Assembly: GCA_051362555.1 (NCBI GenBank)
Contig: CM120643.1
Span: 17,116,848 to 17,180,847 of the forward strand
DNA: 64,000 bases
From: Lingula anatina
Taxonomy: Eukaryota > Animalia > Brachiopoda
Direction: 5' to 3'
Shown here: positions 11,471 to 24,952 of the stretch, piece by piece
Layout of the letters: each line of letters begins with the position of its first letter
Numbering within the stretch: the stretch's first letter is position 1
Program-made: the position numbers and the translations under genes
Notes under the pieces: generated by a model
The model's database searches: none
The model's input: only the letters and a program-made list of their open reading frames with translations
What the model was told of the DNA's origin: nothing

Positions 11471-14400
11471 TATTTATTTTAAGTCTAAATTCCAAATCTG
11501 TTCAGTAGACTTTACAATAAGTACAATTATGTGTGGCACATATACACCTGTACATAACAGTTTGATGCCTGGTCATTATGATCTGTGTTGACAATCTTGC
11601 CTCCCTGGGAAGGTTATTTAATATGGTTACTTTATATGTCCAAATATATTTGTATGGTATATTTCCAAATGTGTTAATCTTTTCTTAAGTGTCCAGTCCA
11701 GCCTTTAATTGAAAAACCATGCTTAGTATTAGTACAATGTACCAATATAGAATACTTAACAGAAAGATCAATGACGGAAACCAGCTGTGTTTTTTGCCTT
11801 TGCTGCAGTGAATTTTTTCACTTGCATACATGTAGATATGAACTTTTTTGAACATCATTGAACTGAAAACAATTATGAAGAAAGTGAAATGACAAACAAA
11901 TTGTTTCTTATACCAGTATATTAATTAACCCATCTTCTTTACAGGTAATTTTCAGTACAAAACACCTGGCCAACAAAACTGGAAAGACATTACCAATTTA
12001 GATACCAACATTGAAGATGTAATAAAGATTGCTACAAGCCCGGCTTATGTTGATGTCTTGTACAAGATGATCTCATATGGCACAGTGGATGACGCAAGCA
12101 AACAGCTGATTGCTAGACGCATAAGCAGTGTAAATGTCACTGCCCTCCTACTCGACCCAAATGCCCGTGTGCGTTACAATCCAGTTTCACCGTAAGTACA
12201 GTTGTGCTTGCCTTCCTTACTTCTTAAATATTACAGATATTAAATACGTTTTCTCACTTTCAAGGTACTCTGTAATGTATACAATTTTCCTGCCAAAACA
12301 AATTTTCCTTTGGGGAAAAAGTAATTTTTCTCCTACTCACAAATAATTGCTCAACCCATGCCTGCATTTGGATCTGTGTTTTTTATATTCCATTTTGATA
12401 TAAAAATAAAGTTTTACATGACTGGCCAGTCATTTAGAGTAGCATTTGCTGTACTGATGTTGCCAAATTACAGTTAACAGTCATGGCAGCAGTGCCATGT
12501 TTAAAGAAGCTTGAGAGTTTTATGAAGATATCTTGAATGCTGCAAAAATGTTATTGCTTATACAAATTGATCTGTGTTTTAGTAATACCACATGGGGAAG
12601 GTTTGAGGCCCTGCGCTCCACTAAGTTTGCCTTCGCTGCATGGGATATGACAGATAATCGTACCTCTGGAAGTAACGTCACATTTGCCCTGCCTTGCTTG
12701 GTGAGTGGGATTTTTAAGGAGACAGAGACTGAGTAACTGTACTTTAGACCCAACTGGTACATTTTACCATTTCATTTTCAAATATTTTATATCAATAATA
12801 TTTTTACTTCACTATCACTGATACATTAGAAGCCATATGAAGACTCAAAAGTGAAGAAGCAAATAACTAGCCCAGCATGGGTACATATGATGCTGAAATG
12901 GTGGTATTAAAAATCATTGTTTTCATAGCCTTGGACCAATGTCTGCAGTTTATGTGCCACAACAATGAATTCATTTGTTATAACAGGACATTATTAATTT
13001 CATCTAATCTATATACATTTTAAGCAACTTAAAATAATTAGTTTGCAAAAGGTATGTATGGAAAAAAACATAGGCACACTGTAGGGTATGCTGAATTTGA
13101 GATGAGAAAGATTCAATTGTAAGTTCATGTGTGAAATTAAACGATTGAGTGACTGAAAACAAATATATGTTTATATTAAATGTAAATATATATATATATA
13201 TATAATACTTCAAACATATATCCATAGGCCGAGTTTGGGTATAGTGAGGTAGAGTATTGTATGGATGTTGTCACATTGTATTAACCCCAATCCTATACCA
13301 TCAGTTTCACGAAGGAAACCAAACACAATTATTTTGCTGTTATATTTATGTAAAGTTTCTTTTAGGATGAGAAATGTATACATTAACATGTAGGTTTTGT
13401 CTACAAGTCATACAAGATAGAATTATATCTCATTCATGTGTGCTACAGCTGAAGCACATGCCCCCAACCCACCCCTCCCACCCACCCCCCAAAAATATAA
13501 CACATAACAGTTTATCACTCACTTTTCATATGGTGTGTATTTGCACAATATTGGATGTGTACATTACTAGTAATTTCTCTTAGCCTGGAAAATTGTGTTC
13601 TTCTTTCAAACACCGTGTTATTTTAGCAAGAGCATGCGCAGTAACCAAGAGGTCCACCCATATTTATAACTCCTGTGACACTTACTGATTCTTTAAAACA
13701 TAGCCTGCAATTATATAAATATTTCTGTAGTGTTGTAGTTTCAGAGGAACATATGTTACAAGGTACTTGTGTATATTGATAATGGACATGTAGTGATCAT
13801 ACTTGTATTTATGCTTTATTGCCCTTCTGGCTGTGAACATTATTGTATTAGTAATCCATTTTCACAGAAATGAATTTTTATCATATATGGGAGCCTTTTT
13901 TAGTATAGTGGATTCTCTTCGGTATTTTGATATTTTTTATATTAGGCTTTTGATTTAAAGAGTTTACAGAATTTAGACCCCTCCCCATGTAAAAGGCACT
14001 AGTATGCCTGTATGTTATACTCATTAGATTATATTGCATATCTCACACAGGAATGTGGCGGGAGCAGCTCTGTGTCCTTCTTCTGGATCAACAGCGTGAT
14101 GCACCGCCTTGGCTGTGATGGCATACCAAGCAGTGGAAAGGTTGAGAACCAATGTGGAATGTGTGGTGAAGATGACAAGTACTGTATGGATTGCGCTGGA
14201 GTCGTCAATGGAGGTAAAGAAACATCAGGGGCGAATCCAGAGATATTTTCTGAAAGTCTTCCAAATTTTCTTTGTAGATCCATCTTCCAATATTCTGTAA
14301 TTGTAGAAATTTAAAAATTCTAACCATTTTCCATAAGACCAAGAAGACGGGTTCTGTCCACCCCTGAAACATGATATAATAATGTGAAACTTAAACACCA

Positions 14401-16227
14401 CCATCCTCCTTTGTGTTCCATATATTACCACAATATAACTGCTTAGAGTTTGATTTTTGAATTTTTTTCCTCTAAGATATGATATTTTTTAAAAATATAT
14501 ATGTTTCTCCTAGCTATAGCCCTTGAGAAGGCATGAAATCAATGTTGTCCCCAAGAACAACCCCTTTTTAGATTTGAGTGGCCTAATACTGCAGTAAATG
14601 AAATTAATTATGTTACATGGTCTCCAGGTGCTGACTGGGATGTTTGTGGCGACTGCACAGGGGGCACCACTGGTCTAGCCACCAACTACAGACTGGACTG
14701 CGCTGGACACTGTGGTGAATTTGTATCAGTAACTTATGACACTTTTACAGGAAACAGGAGTCTTTGTATTCGGTAAGTGTATTTATGTGAGATTTGTGTT
14801 AAAGCACGATAAAATGATTGTTCTGCAGATGAACTATGAAGAACTGTGTTAACAAGTTACTGAGGCACTTGACCACAGGTACTGCAGCATATATTCTATC
14901 ATTCAAGAATTTCTCTTAAAAGAATAGTTATAGTGTGTTATTGACTGCTTTTTATTTTTGCTCTGTGAAACAGGGCAAAATATTTTATCCTTGTGCCCCC
15001 TCAGCAAAATTCAGGGTCAGCTAGCATCGTGCAATCATGTGCATGTACATCAGGAGCGGATCGAGGATTATTTGAAGTGTGGGGTCAAAATGCCAGGCCT
15101 CGGATGCAAAGCTGACTATCATCCCTTGGTGTGGGGTTCGGGCCTGTTTAAGGGCTCTGAAAATTTTTTGGTGTTTTGGAGGGCAAATGTTGCCCTTTGG
15201 TATGGTTTAGAACTATGATTCAGCTAGTCAAAATTCTAATTTCAAGAGGGGAATATAAGTGTGAAATATTTTTCAGAAACTGAAGGGGAGGATCAGGACT
15301 CCCCTGCCCCCCCTCCCTTTAAATCCACCACCGAACATGTTGTACCAACACCCACTCATAGAGGTATTTTCTTCTCATTTATAGAGCAGATCACCCCCTT
15401 GCAAGCAATAATGCTGCAGAAAGAGACAGAGCCATCAGGAAAATTTTCTGTGATGGTGTATTTCTTAGTGGAGCAGACATCAATGAGTAAGTTTTCTTTA
15501 AAACAGTGGACTTAAGATGATCTTGTCTATCCTTTGAATTATGCTGTCACAAAGCATGTAATGACCACACCATTATATACATGTACATGTACAAAGATTT
15601 TCCTGGAAGCGTTAGTCATTTTTAATTTTCCTTTATCATTTATAGCTAAGCTCTAGACCCCTAGCTTCCAGTTAATTAAAGAATGATAATTTTTTCATTG
15701 TAAATGACATCCACACATGTGATGCCCTGCAATTGAGAGATATGTAAAACTCTGTTTGTCACCTAATAATTTCACCATATCACTATCTTTGAAGGTGTTT
15801 TGTAGCATTTGCTTTTGGAACGATTCGTGCACTGATTCAAATACGAAAGAAAAAATTACATGTAGCACTTTTACAAATTTTGCATACTCATACCAGTATT
15901 ACGCATTTTGTAAATTATTGTCTTTGGCAGCCAATTGGTGTCAAACTAAAACAAACAAATTCAAATTGCTTTCAAATTTAGTTGCGGCCATTGTGTGGGT
16001 GGCACTACTGGTAGGGCAGGTAATTATGGGATGGATGACTGCGGTGAATGCAATGGCACTAATGCATGTGTGGACTGTGCTGGGGTAGCCAATGGCAACC
16101 AGCAAGAGGATCCCTGTGGACAGTGTATGACAAGATCAGACCCAAATTGGGGAGCAGGTAGGTGACTGGTGGCCTAGGACATGCCAGCAGGAAGGTCATT
16201 TAAGCCAAATGTGAACTAGCAGTTTTT

Positions 16228-16308
<81 letters not shown>

Positions 16309-19300
16309 AGAACAGATACATCTAGTAATCATTTCTTTATTGATTTAAAGTTGCTAGACTCAATTGGACTCACTAGTTTCACTTAGACAAACAATTCTTC
16401 CCCTGGTGTACTTTTAATAAAATAAAAAGTTTAATGGTCCTATATATTGAAAATCAATGTGCAGTCAACATATGTGCTTTGAATCAAATAATTTCAATAA
16501 ATTTTGTATCATTTTTTTCTAAATTTCCTTTGTAGGATGTATTAAGATTCATTCCATTTACCCAGCCATCAGCAGAGTGGGTGTGGCTGAGTCTGTCATC
16601 ATACATGGGGCCAGTCTCTCTAACTACCAGGCACCTACTTGTAAACTAGTCCATGAATCCACTTCTCAGGTAACTACTGGAATAGAATCATATGTCATAG
16701 AGAAATATATGATTTCATTCAAAATGCTGTAGGTACCAATATGTGTTGTCCATCATTTCTCGAAATCTGTTCATTCTGAGATTGCAGTTGTTTGTTGCAT
16801 ATAAAAGAGATTTATTTCCATCCATCTGAAGCTCCCATTATCTGGAATGTCAGCTTATGTGTTTTTAATATTTCAGATATGGTGATGTATATATATCACC
16901 ATTTTATATCATAAAATGTAATTGATTAAGTTATGAAAAACTCCCCATTTACCTCATTAAATTATATTTACTACTGCTATCTTAAATCCAAGTTTTGACA
17001 ATTTAACAAATTTTTTTTTTCAAATTATTGTTAAGGTTATATACTGTATAAATACTTATTACGTATATCAACTCTTTTTACCCAGGAAATTCCTCTAACA
17101 GTGCTGTACTTCCATGCTGCTCGAGACAAGATCTTTGCTAGGGTCCCAGACACGACTAACAATGCAAATGGCGGACAGTACATCCCATCCTGTACGTTCA
17201 CCAATGCTAATGGCGGTAATGTCGACCTTCAGATGGCCGGGGAGAGATACACACTGTATGCCTCACCCTCTGTGTCAGCCATTGTGCCATCTGATATGAA
17301 TATTGGAGACACTGTAAATGTAAGTTGTTGAAAGAATAATGGGATTTAATGTATTTAATTTTGAATATCTTTAAATTTTATAGTTTCTCTAGCTACCTAT
17401 ACTATTTCATTTAAAGTAATGCTTATCATTTAATAGAGCTAAAAAATGTGCATATTCTTGTTACTCATTTTAGCATTTCATGATACCATTAAAACAGAGT
17501 ATTATCTGGTTTTGTTCTCAAGTCACAAACTTAACGACATTTGCGGGCTTTTATAAAGATTTTAAAATCGACTGTAGTTTTTATCAATCTTATATTTTTA
17601 GCTTATATTGAAGGCAAGAAAAGATAGAAATGCTGTTATCAAAATTCAACTACAGTAGAAAAATTCCTAACAGGGATAAATAGCAAAAAAAAAAAAGAAA
17701 AAAAAAGGAATCAAAATAAATCTCTTTATTCAATATTTCATTTATTTTAAGGAAACAGTATAGATGTAAAAAATTTTTTTTTTCATTTTTCCCAGGCTAT
17801 TGTAAGGGGTCAGAACTTCTTGAATAGGGATACAACATTGTGTTATTCCTACATCATCAGGCAGAAGGAGCGTGGTTTCTTTAGCACCTGTCAACCAGAC
17901 AGATATGGCATCATCTATTTTCCAGTAAGTCTCCAACAGAATTGAGTGATATTGATTAAAAATGATCTTTTTTAGTGAATAATTAATAATGATGACATTT
18001 AAAGATAAATATCTAACTTGGCATCTCTTCTATTTGGGCACAAACTTTGAGGGGCACACATAAGTACTACATCATTATATCATATTGATCAAAGATTTTC
18101 AACTAAACAAATTGAATGAGCTTCATTTTTGAGGTTGTTGGAAACTATCTTTTGTCTATATGTCATTGTAAACAGCACACAAATATGTTCAACTTAATCA
18201 TTTATACTTGTGAACTAAGCAAATCTCAAAGGACCTATATGTAAACAGAAGACCTGTTTTCTGTAAGCTTCATCTAAGTTGGCTAATTATTTTTAATATC
18301 ATAGATACCTTAAAAATGTGATGTGGTATTTTTAGGCAACCTATCTGAACTCGAGTGCTATTCAGTGTGACCTGAGTTGTCTTTCTGGAGTTAAAGTTGG
18401 CAAATCCCTCAACATTAGTGTTGCATTTGAGAACCTTACAAGAGAAGATGTGTTAACAAGGTATGGTGTTCCCATTAAACCTGTGTAGATAATTGATATA
18501 GGACATTTGCAGCAGTGCCCAATTCCTTTTTTTTTTCTAAAAGGAAAAGAAAGAAAAGAAATGAAGAAAACAACATATTAGAAGCATCTAATAACATGAC
18601 AAAACAAATACCTTTTTTCATCCTTGTGGCTATGAAATACAGTAAAATTATCCTCAAGTTAAGAAATTCTAATATATTTGAAAAATGAAGTCCCTTTTAT
18701 CCCATCTTTTTTAAGCTAAATCTTTGGTCTGCCACTGGTGTGGGGTGATATTAAAGACACTGATATATGTTTCATGTAGAATTGATAAGCACCTCTAAAA
18801 AATTAAAACTAAAAGATGAGGGTTTGGATTTACCAGTTATTTTTTCAAATTGACATGTTTGCTATCTAAGCTTAAAATCTTTCAAATTTTTTTTTCAGTC
18901 AACCTGCCCTGTTTACCATCAATGCACAGAAACCAGTGATTGCCTCGGTGATCTTGGGCAGAAGTATGTGTCGTGTGTTTGTCACTTTTGATGTGAACAT
19001 TGATGGCCCAGACACCACAGATTGCAGCCAGTTCTTCACAAGTGTTGCCACCTTTGGTACCAGTAAGTAAAGTCATCAATTATATTTAATTGCCAAAATC
19101 ACCCTTCCAAAAATTTCCTTTAGGACTCCATGTTGTCTTTAGAAACAATTCAATTTTTTATCATTCGTACAGTAAAGATACAGTAAAGATCTGTTTCTCC
19201 ACAAGCTTAAATTCATTCATTTTCCAGCATTTAAATCAGGGAAAATAGCTTTTTGGTAAATTTTATGGCATGATGATCAGATATATATTGAACTTTTGAA

Positions 19301-22300
19301 AAGAATGATGTTATTGTGATGTATTTTTGGTGCAATTTAAAATAATAAAGCATGCTTCTTATTTGCACTTGATAGAAGAAATGATAAGCATAATACATTA
19401 TAATAAAGGTTTTTATCATGATAGATTACTTAAATTAATAAGTATTACATGTAATGCAAGGTATAGGCATCTGTTGTTTTATGAAGCCTGGCTGAGTTTT
19501 TTTTTCTTTTTTTAGGATAATCAGGCTATACCTTTACCTTTTTTTTACCTTTTTATTACCTTTTATGTGATGCTATGAATTTTAACTTTTTTCTCTTTAA
19601 AACAGACCCCATCTGTGCAATCAGATCCAGAAAGCTTGTCGTTATTCTTGGTCGCCCCGGAGCCAGTGTCGGTCCTGGAGACACCCTGACACTGCGGGAC
19701 AATGTGATTTTCACGGCCGGGTCAAGTGTACCCAACTACGCTACAGGATCAGGGACTGTTACCAGACCAGTGAGTGGTTCACACTGATTTCGTAGCATAT
19801 TTCTGATAGGTCAAGAAATTAATTTCGAAACTCATATTAGATCATCAAATGTGTCAAATTGTATATTTTATACAGTTATAATAGACTGGATCTCTTGACA
19901 AGTCTGATTTTCAAGTTTGCTAAGAATTTGTCAGGAATCAGTTGTATGCATTTTTAAGGGACTCAAGAAGTACTGTTACTTGCAAGTTGGCTAATAATGA
20001 GTGCTTATAAGTTTGTTTGTGAATTTTTTTGCAATTGTAAAATTACTGTTTTTGTTGTCAGAAAAAAAAACTTTGCTGTGCAAATATTGTAGATGCAGGG
20101 TGAAGGTCCTTTTTTCAACCATTTTAGTCATAAGATTAATACATAAATGCATGAAGAAAGGAGGGGGATTGCCCCTTATTTTAACATAAAATTATGCTTC
20201 CCATGTGCCTGAACTATGATATTAATACCTGCATGGGCTTTTCTTTCTCCAGGAATCCGCCATTCCTGAAGTTGAACTGGTAGGACCTGGAACTGTTGGT
20301 AGCTGCGATTCCTTTAATATCCGCGCTCGTTTCACAACTGGCCTCTGTGGCATTGGCCTCTCTTGGAACGTGACCTTCGCAGACACCGTGTCAGCGAACA
20401 ATATCACATCTGCTGCTCAGACTGACCTGGAGGAAATGCAGGCAGCTTTGGCTTCTGCTCCTTCTAGAGCCAGGAAGATACCAGTGGCATCAGACATGGT
20501 AAGTACTGGTGTATGGCAATGACAGAACCGAATGCAGGGTTTTGGCTGGGAGGGGGAGCACAAGGCTAAGACTTAGTTCTGCAATTGTGAAATAGTGGAC
20601 ATTTAGACAATTTTACAAAAATGAATGACAGTTGGAATGCAAAAGATGCTTTTTTATGGAAAAGGGGGAATCTCTTAACGTGAAGAGGAGGGAGGCACAT
20701 TAAGGTAAAGAGAAAAATTGATACCAAATCTTTCACAACAAATCGGTGCCAATTGTTGAAACCGCATTTGGCCAATAAATACAAGTATTGGAATGATCAG
20801 TTTGAATGATTTGAATGATTGCAAGAAGCAATTGCTATTTCTGTAAAGTCACATTGACAATGATCACACTTGTTTTATTTTCCCAGGGAATACCAGGTTT
20901 TGCTTACAACTTCACCGCAACAGTATCAAACTCTTTAGGAGAAGGAGGCCAGGCTTACGTCATTGTGTCCAGGGACGTAGGGGATAAACCACTCACCATT
21001 ATGTTTGAGCCCTTAACTGGTACTGTGCGTCCTGACAGAGTCACTCGACTTGGAATACGCATCAAAACATCAGATTGCTTCAATGGATCTCTGTCTTCTG
21101 TGTCTGTAAGCATAAAACCATGTGCACTATGAAAAAAAACTAAAGATTTTTAAATAAAAAGAAATAGAAGTAATCTGCAAACTGTTGTTTGAAATGTTTC
21201 CTGTGTAATGATGGTAAAATGTCCTCTTAAGACACTAAACTTGTTGACAAACATGTCTTTTTTAAATGAAATTTGAATGTTCCAAGAGGTGTGGCTACAT
21301 CACTCTCGGGCAGATTTGCTAGTAGACATTTATTGATTTTGGTAGTAAAATGTTAACCCATAACATATGTATTATTTTCTTATATATGATGTTTACATCG
21401 ACAGCCACTGATTTGTGTTTAAAAATTGTTCCTTACTATAGGTGGTATGGGAGGTGACCAACGCTGCAGGCGTGACCTTTACTTCTCTACCCAAGCCTGG
21501 CCGAGTAATGATACCTAGAAACAACCTTAAAGGTGGTCGCACATACACAGTGCAGGCTACAGGTAAGTTTGGCACAGTAAAACAATACAATAAGAAATTC
21601 TGAATAATGAAATGATTGTAAACATTTTATGCATTCTTGATATCAGGAGAGGCCTGAATGTCTCAGGTAACATTTATTGATTAATTAATCACGTTGATTG
21701 TTTCCTAATTTTACCACAGAATATACTTCAAGCCCCTCTGTCAGAGGACAAATGTTTCATTTGTTTCGGATTCTGTATAAGTCACCATTGATATTTATAA
21801 TCACTTGTGAATTGTGATACCAGTTACAATCCCTGATGATGACACTGCCACCACTGTTGCCACAATGGACATCACAGTGCCCAGCCAGGCCCTGAAGCCT
21901 AGAATCCTGGGTAGCAGAGGGGTGGTGGGTTCTACCAGTGAGATTGTACTTGATGGGACACGGTCTTCAGATCCAGATAACTCTGATGATCAAACTTACT
22001 TCACTTGGGGTTGTGAGGTAATTTTAGTTTATTGAGTTTATATCTTATATCTGATTTGGTTGATGCACATGTAAATGACTAGTACAACAAAATTATATTT
22101 CCTGTATAGATGTTTCTTAACATGAAAAAGAAAAGATATGAGGATGATAAGAAGTGAATCAACCCCATAAAAAATGACCCCAAATTATATTCAAGAAGTG
22201 CAGGAATGTTGTCAAAATAAATTGTGACCACATCAAATGACCGAGTAAAAGTGAAAATATTTGTAGTTATTTTCTGTGTTTAAACATATTTTGAAAATGA

Positions 22301-24883
22301 TTTTTTTTTTTGCACATATTCTCTTATTTATGATGACTTATTTTAAAAACAATTGAATTGTGCCTTCATTTTTTCATGTTTTATTTTTAGATATTTCCCA
22401 GAAAATTATTTCCATGTCTGCTTTTCTTTCAGACTGTAACCACCAGCTCCAACGGCACAGAAGAAACAAATTTGTGTATAGTCAATCATAATGGCAGTTA
22501 CTCCTCTCTGGATGGTATCATATCTACTTTTACCAGCCAGGGTGGTCAAATACTAACTCTGGCGGCTGGACTTCTGGGACCTGCAGAGTAAGTGTCTTCG
22601 AAAGTTGACCAGCCGGCCTCAATAATCAGGGGTGGACAGAGGCCATCTTCTGGATCTTCTGGACAGTCAGAATTTTTCAAGTTTACATTGACGGGCATCT
22701 AATTTTTTTCTGTTAGAAGACTATCAAAAATGGAGGATGGATCATCAAAGATAATTTGAAAGACTGTCAGAAAATATCTCTGGATCTGCCCCTGATAATC
22801 CCCATTTCAGTGGACTTCTAATGATTACTTTATGTCACAGTACATGTAGTTCATTCTATGTAAATTGACTATATGACATCTTGAATACAACATAAAAAGG
22901 ACAGAGAGTAATTATATTAATTATTAGGTTTCACATTCAAAATTTATATGGAATGAACATCTGTTTTTCCTAAATGTTCTTGCTATTCTTTTATCTCTAC
23001 TTGCTATTCTTCTATTCAAGTTACAAATTCACCCTGACCATGGCTAAAGGCAACAGACGTGCCAGCTACTCTGTCTACAGGAAAGTGAAGGCGGGCACTC
23101 CCCCTACTGTCAATGTCCCCGTAGGAAGAGGAAAAGTCAATCCTAATGACAAACTGAGCCTGAAGGCCACTGTGAGCAGTCCCACCTCCGCAGTGATTAT
23201 CTGGGAGTCTGTTGTAGAAGACGGTTGGTACACTTACATGTTCATGTATCATTACACAAATATATTTGTATTTGTCTGCTTCTCAGTCTGATGGAAAAAG
23301 TGCAGGATTAATTTATCACCCCTTGAGTACCAGTTTTAGCTGATTGGAAGGCTTTAATTGGGATAACTGGTGAATATGTATACACAATGGGCTATAAATT
23401 ATATTATATGTTTTGTATCATATGACCCTAATTTGACCTGTATGAGCAATCTTGTCCCATAATGGTATACTTATTCACCCTGTATATATATATATATATA
23501 TATATTTATCAAATGTTATGTGCACACCATCCTTTAAGCTTCATTTTGGCCACTATAGTTGAAAAAATTGTTTCATTTTCATTTTAGGTGTTATCTTTTC
23601 TGTATAACGTAAAAACAAAAGTCATGGTTGAAAATTTGTTTGTGATACAAGCTATCACATCCATTAGTAGGAACAAAATCATAATGCTGCAACAGCATCA
23701 ATTAACAATGTCTGTGTTATATCTTCATCAAGGCTACCACGTGATCGACCTGGAGCAGTATGTGAGCAGTGTGAGTGATATCATCCGTGTGGTTGAAGGG
23801 TCATTTTCCAACCTTCCTGCCGACCTTGCCCTCTGCACAGCCAACCTCCTGAACTGCAGGCTCCCGGAGGGGGTCAAGATGAAATTCCGCCTCACGGTCA
23901 TCCCAACGAATGGAGAGGACAGTTTTGCTGAGACAGTGGTCCAGACCAATGCTGTGCCTACAGGAGGGGAATTAACTGTATGTGTGGTTTTATAATAAAT
24001 CGCAGATTCACATGGGTGAATGTTTTCAAGATTATGCCTAATTTCAGAATTTTCAGTCCTTTTTTTTTCGTATGATGTAAATGCGATGAGAAATTGCAAG
24101 CAACGTTTTGAGGATTTTCAGTTTTTACAACTTTCACCCATGGATTTATACTGCTGTTTTTACTGTTTAAGTTCATTATTGTTTGAAAAACAATTTTGCA
24201 GTTTTGTGGAAATAAATATTATATCTTTCATTCATGTGTTCAATGAATGTATACCTGTTACTAAATGCAAACAGTAGATATTAGATTTATTTAGCTTATT
24301 TACTGGTACTAACTTTTACAGTGCACCTCAATACAACAAATTTTATGAAATCTATAATTATAACATTATTGACTAAAAGAGTTAAAGGGTATACAGTTTG
24401 TACAGACTGAAGGTAAACGCTTGCTTTAACTGTCAACCCAGCAATACTGCACAAACATTGTATTTTAATATAAAGTGAAAAATGCTTTTGTCACAGGTCT
24501 CCCCCACAACTGGAGAAGAATTGAAGAGTTCATTCACCCTGAGTACCACTGGCTGGACAGATGATACGGAGGACTTCCCACTGAGGCTTCAGTACTTCTG
24601 GACAGGAAGTGATGGACAGCAGGTCGACCTGAATGCTTGGCCTTTTAGTGCTGCTGGGGACCACAGCTTTACTGTCAGCATGCTTAAAGCTGGTGGGTTA
24701 CAGAGAAAGTTGTGTGTGCAGGCCCGTAGCCAGGGGGGGTTCGGGGGTTCGAAAGAACCGCCCCTTTTGTTGGGAAAAGGTCTGTTCTGGGTAAAATTTG
24801 ATCTAGGTACATGGGGATATTATGGTAAAAGGTCCACTTTTTCAGAAAAAGAACCCCCCTTAGAAATTGCTGGCTACAGGCCT

Positions 24884-24952
<69 letters not shown>

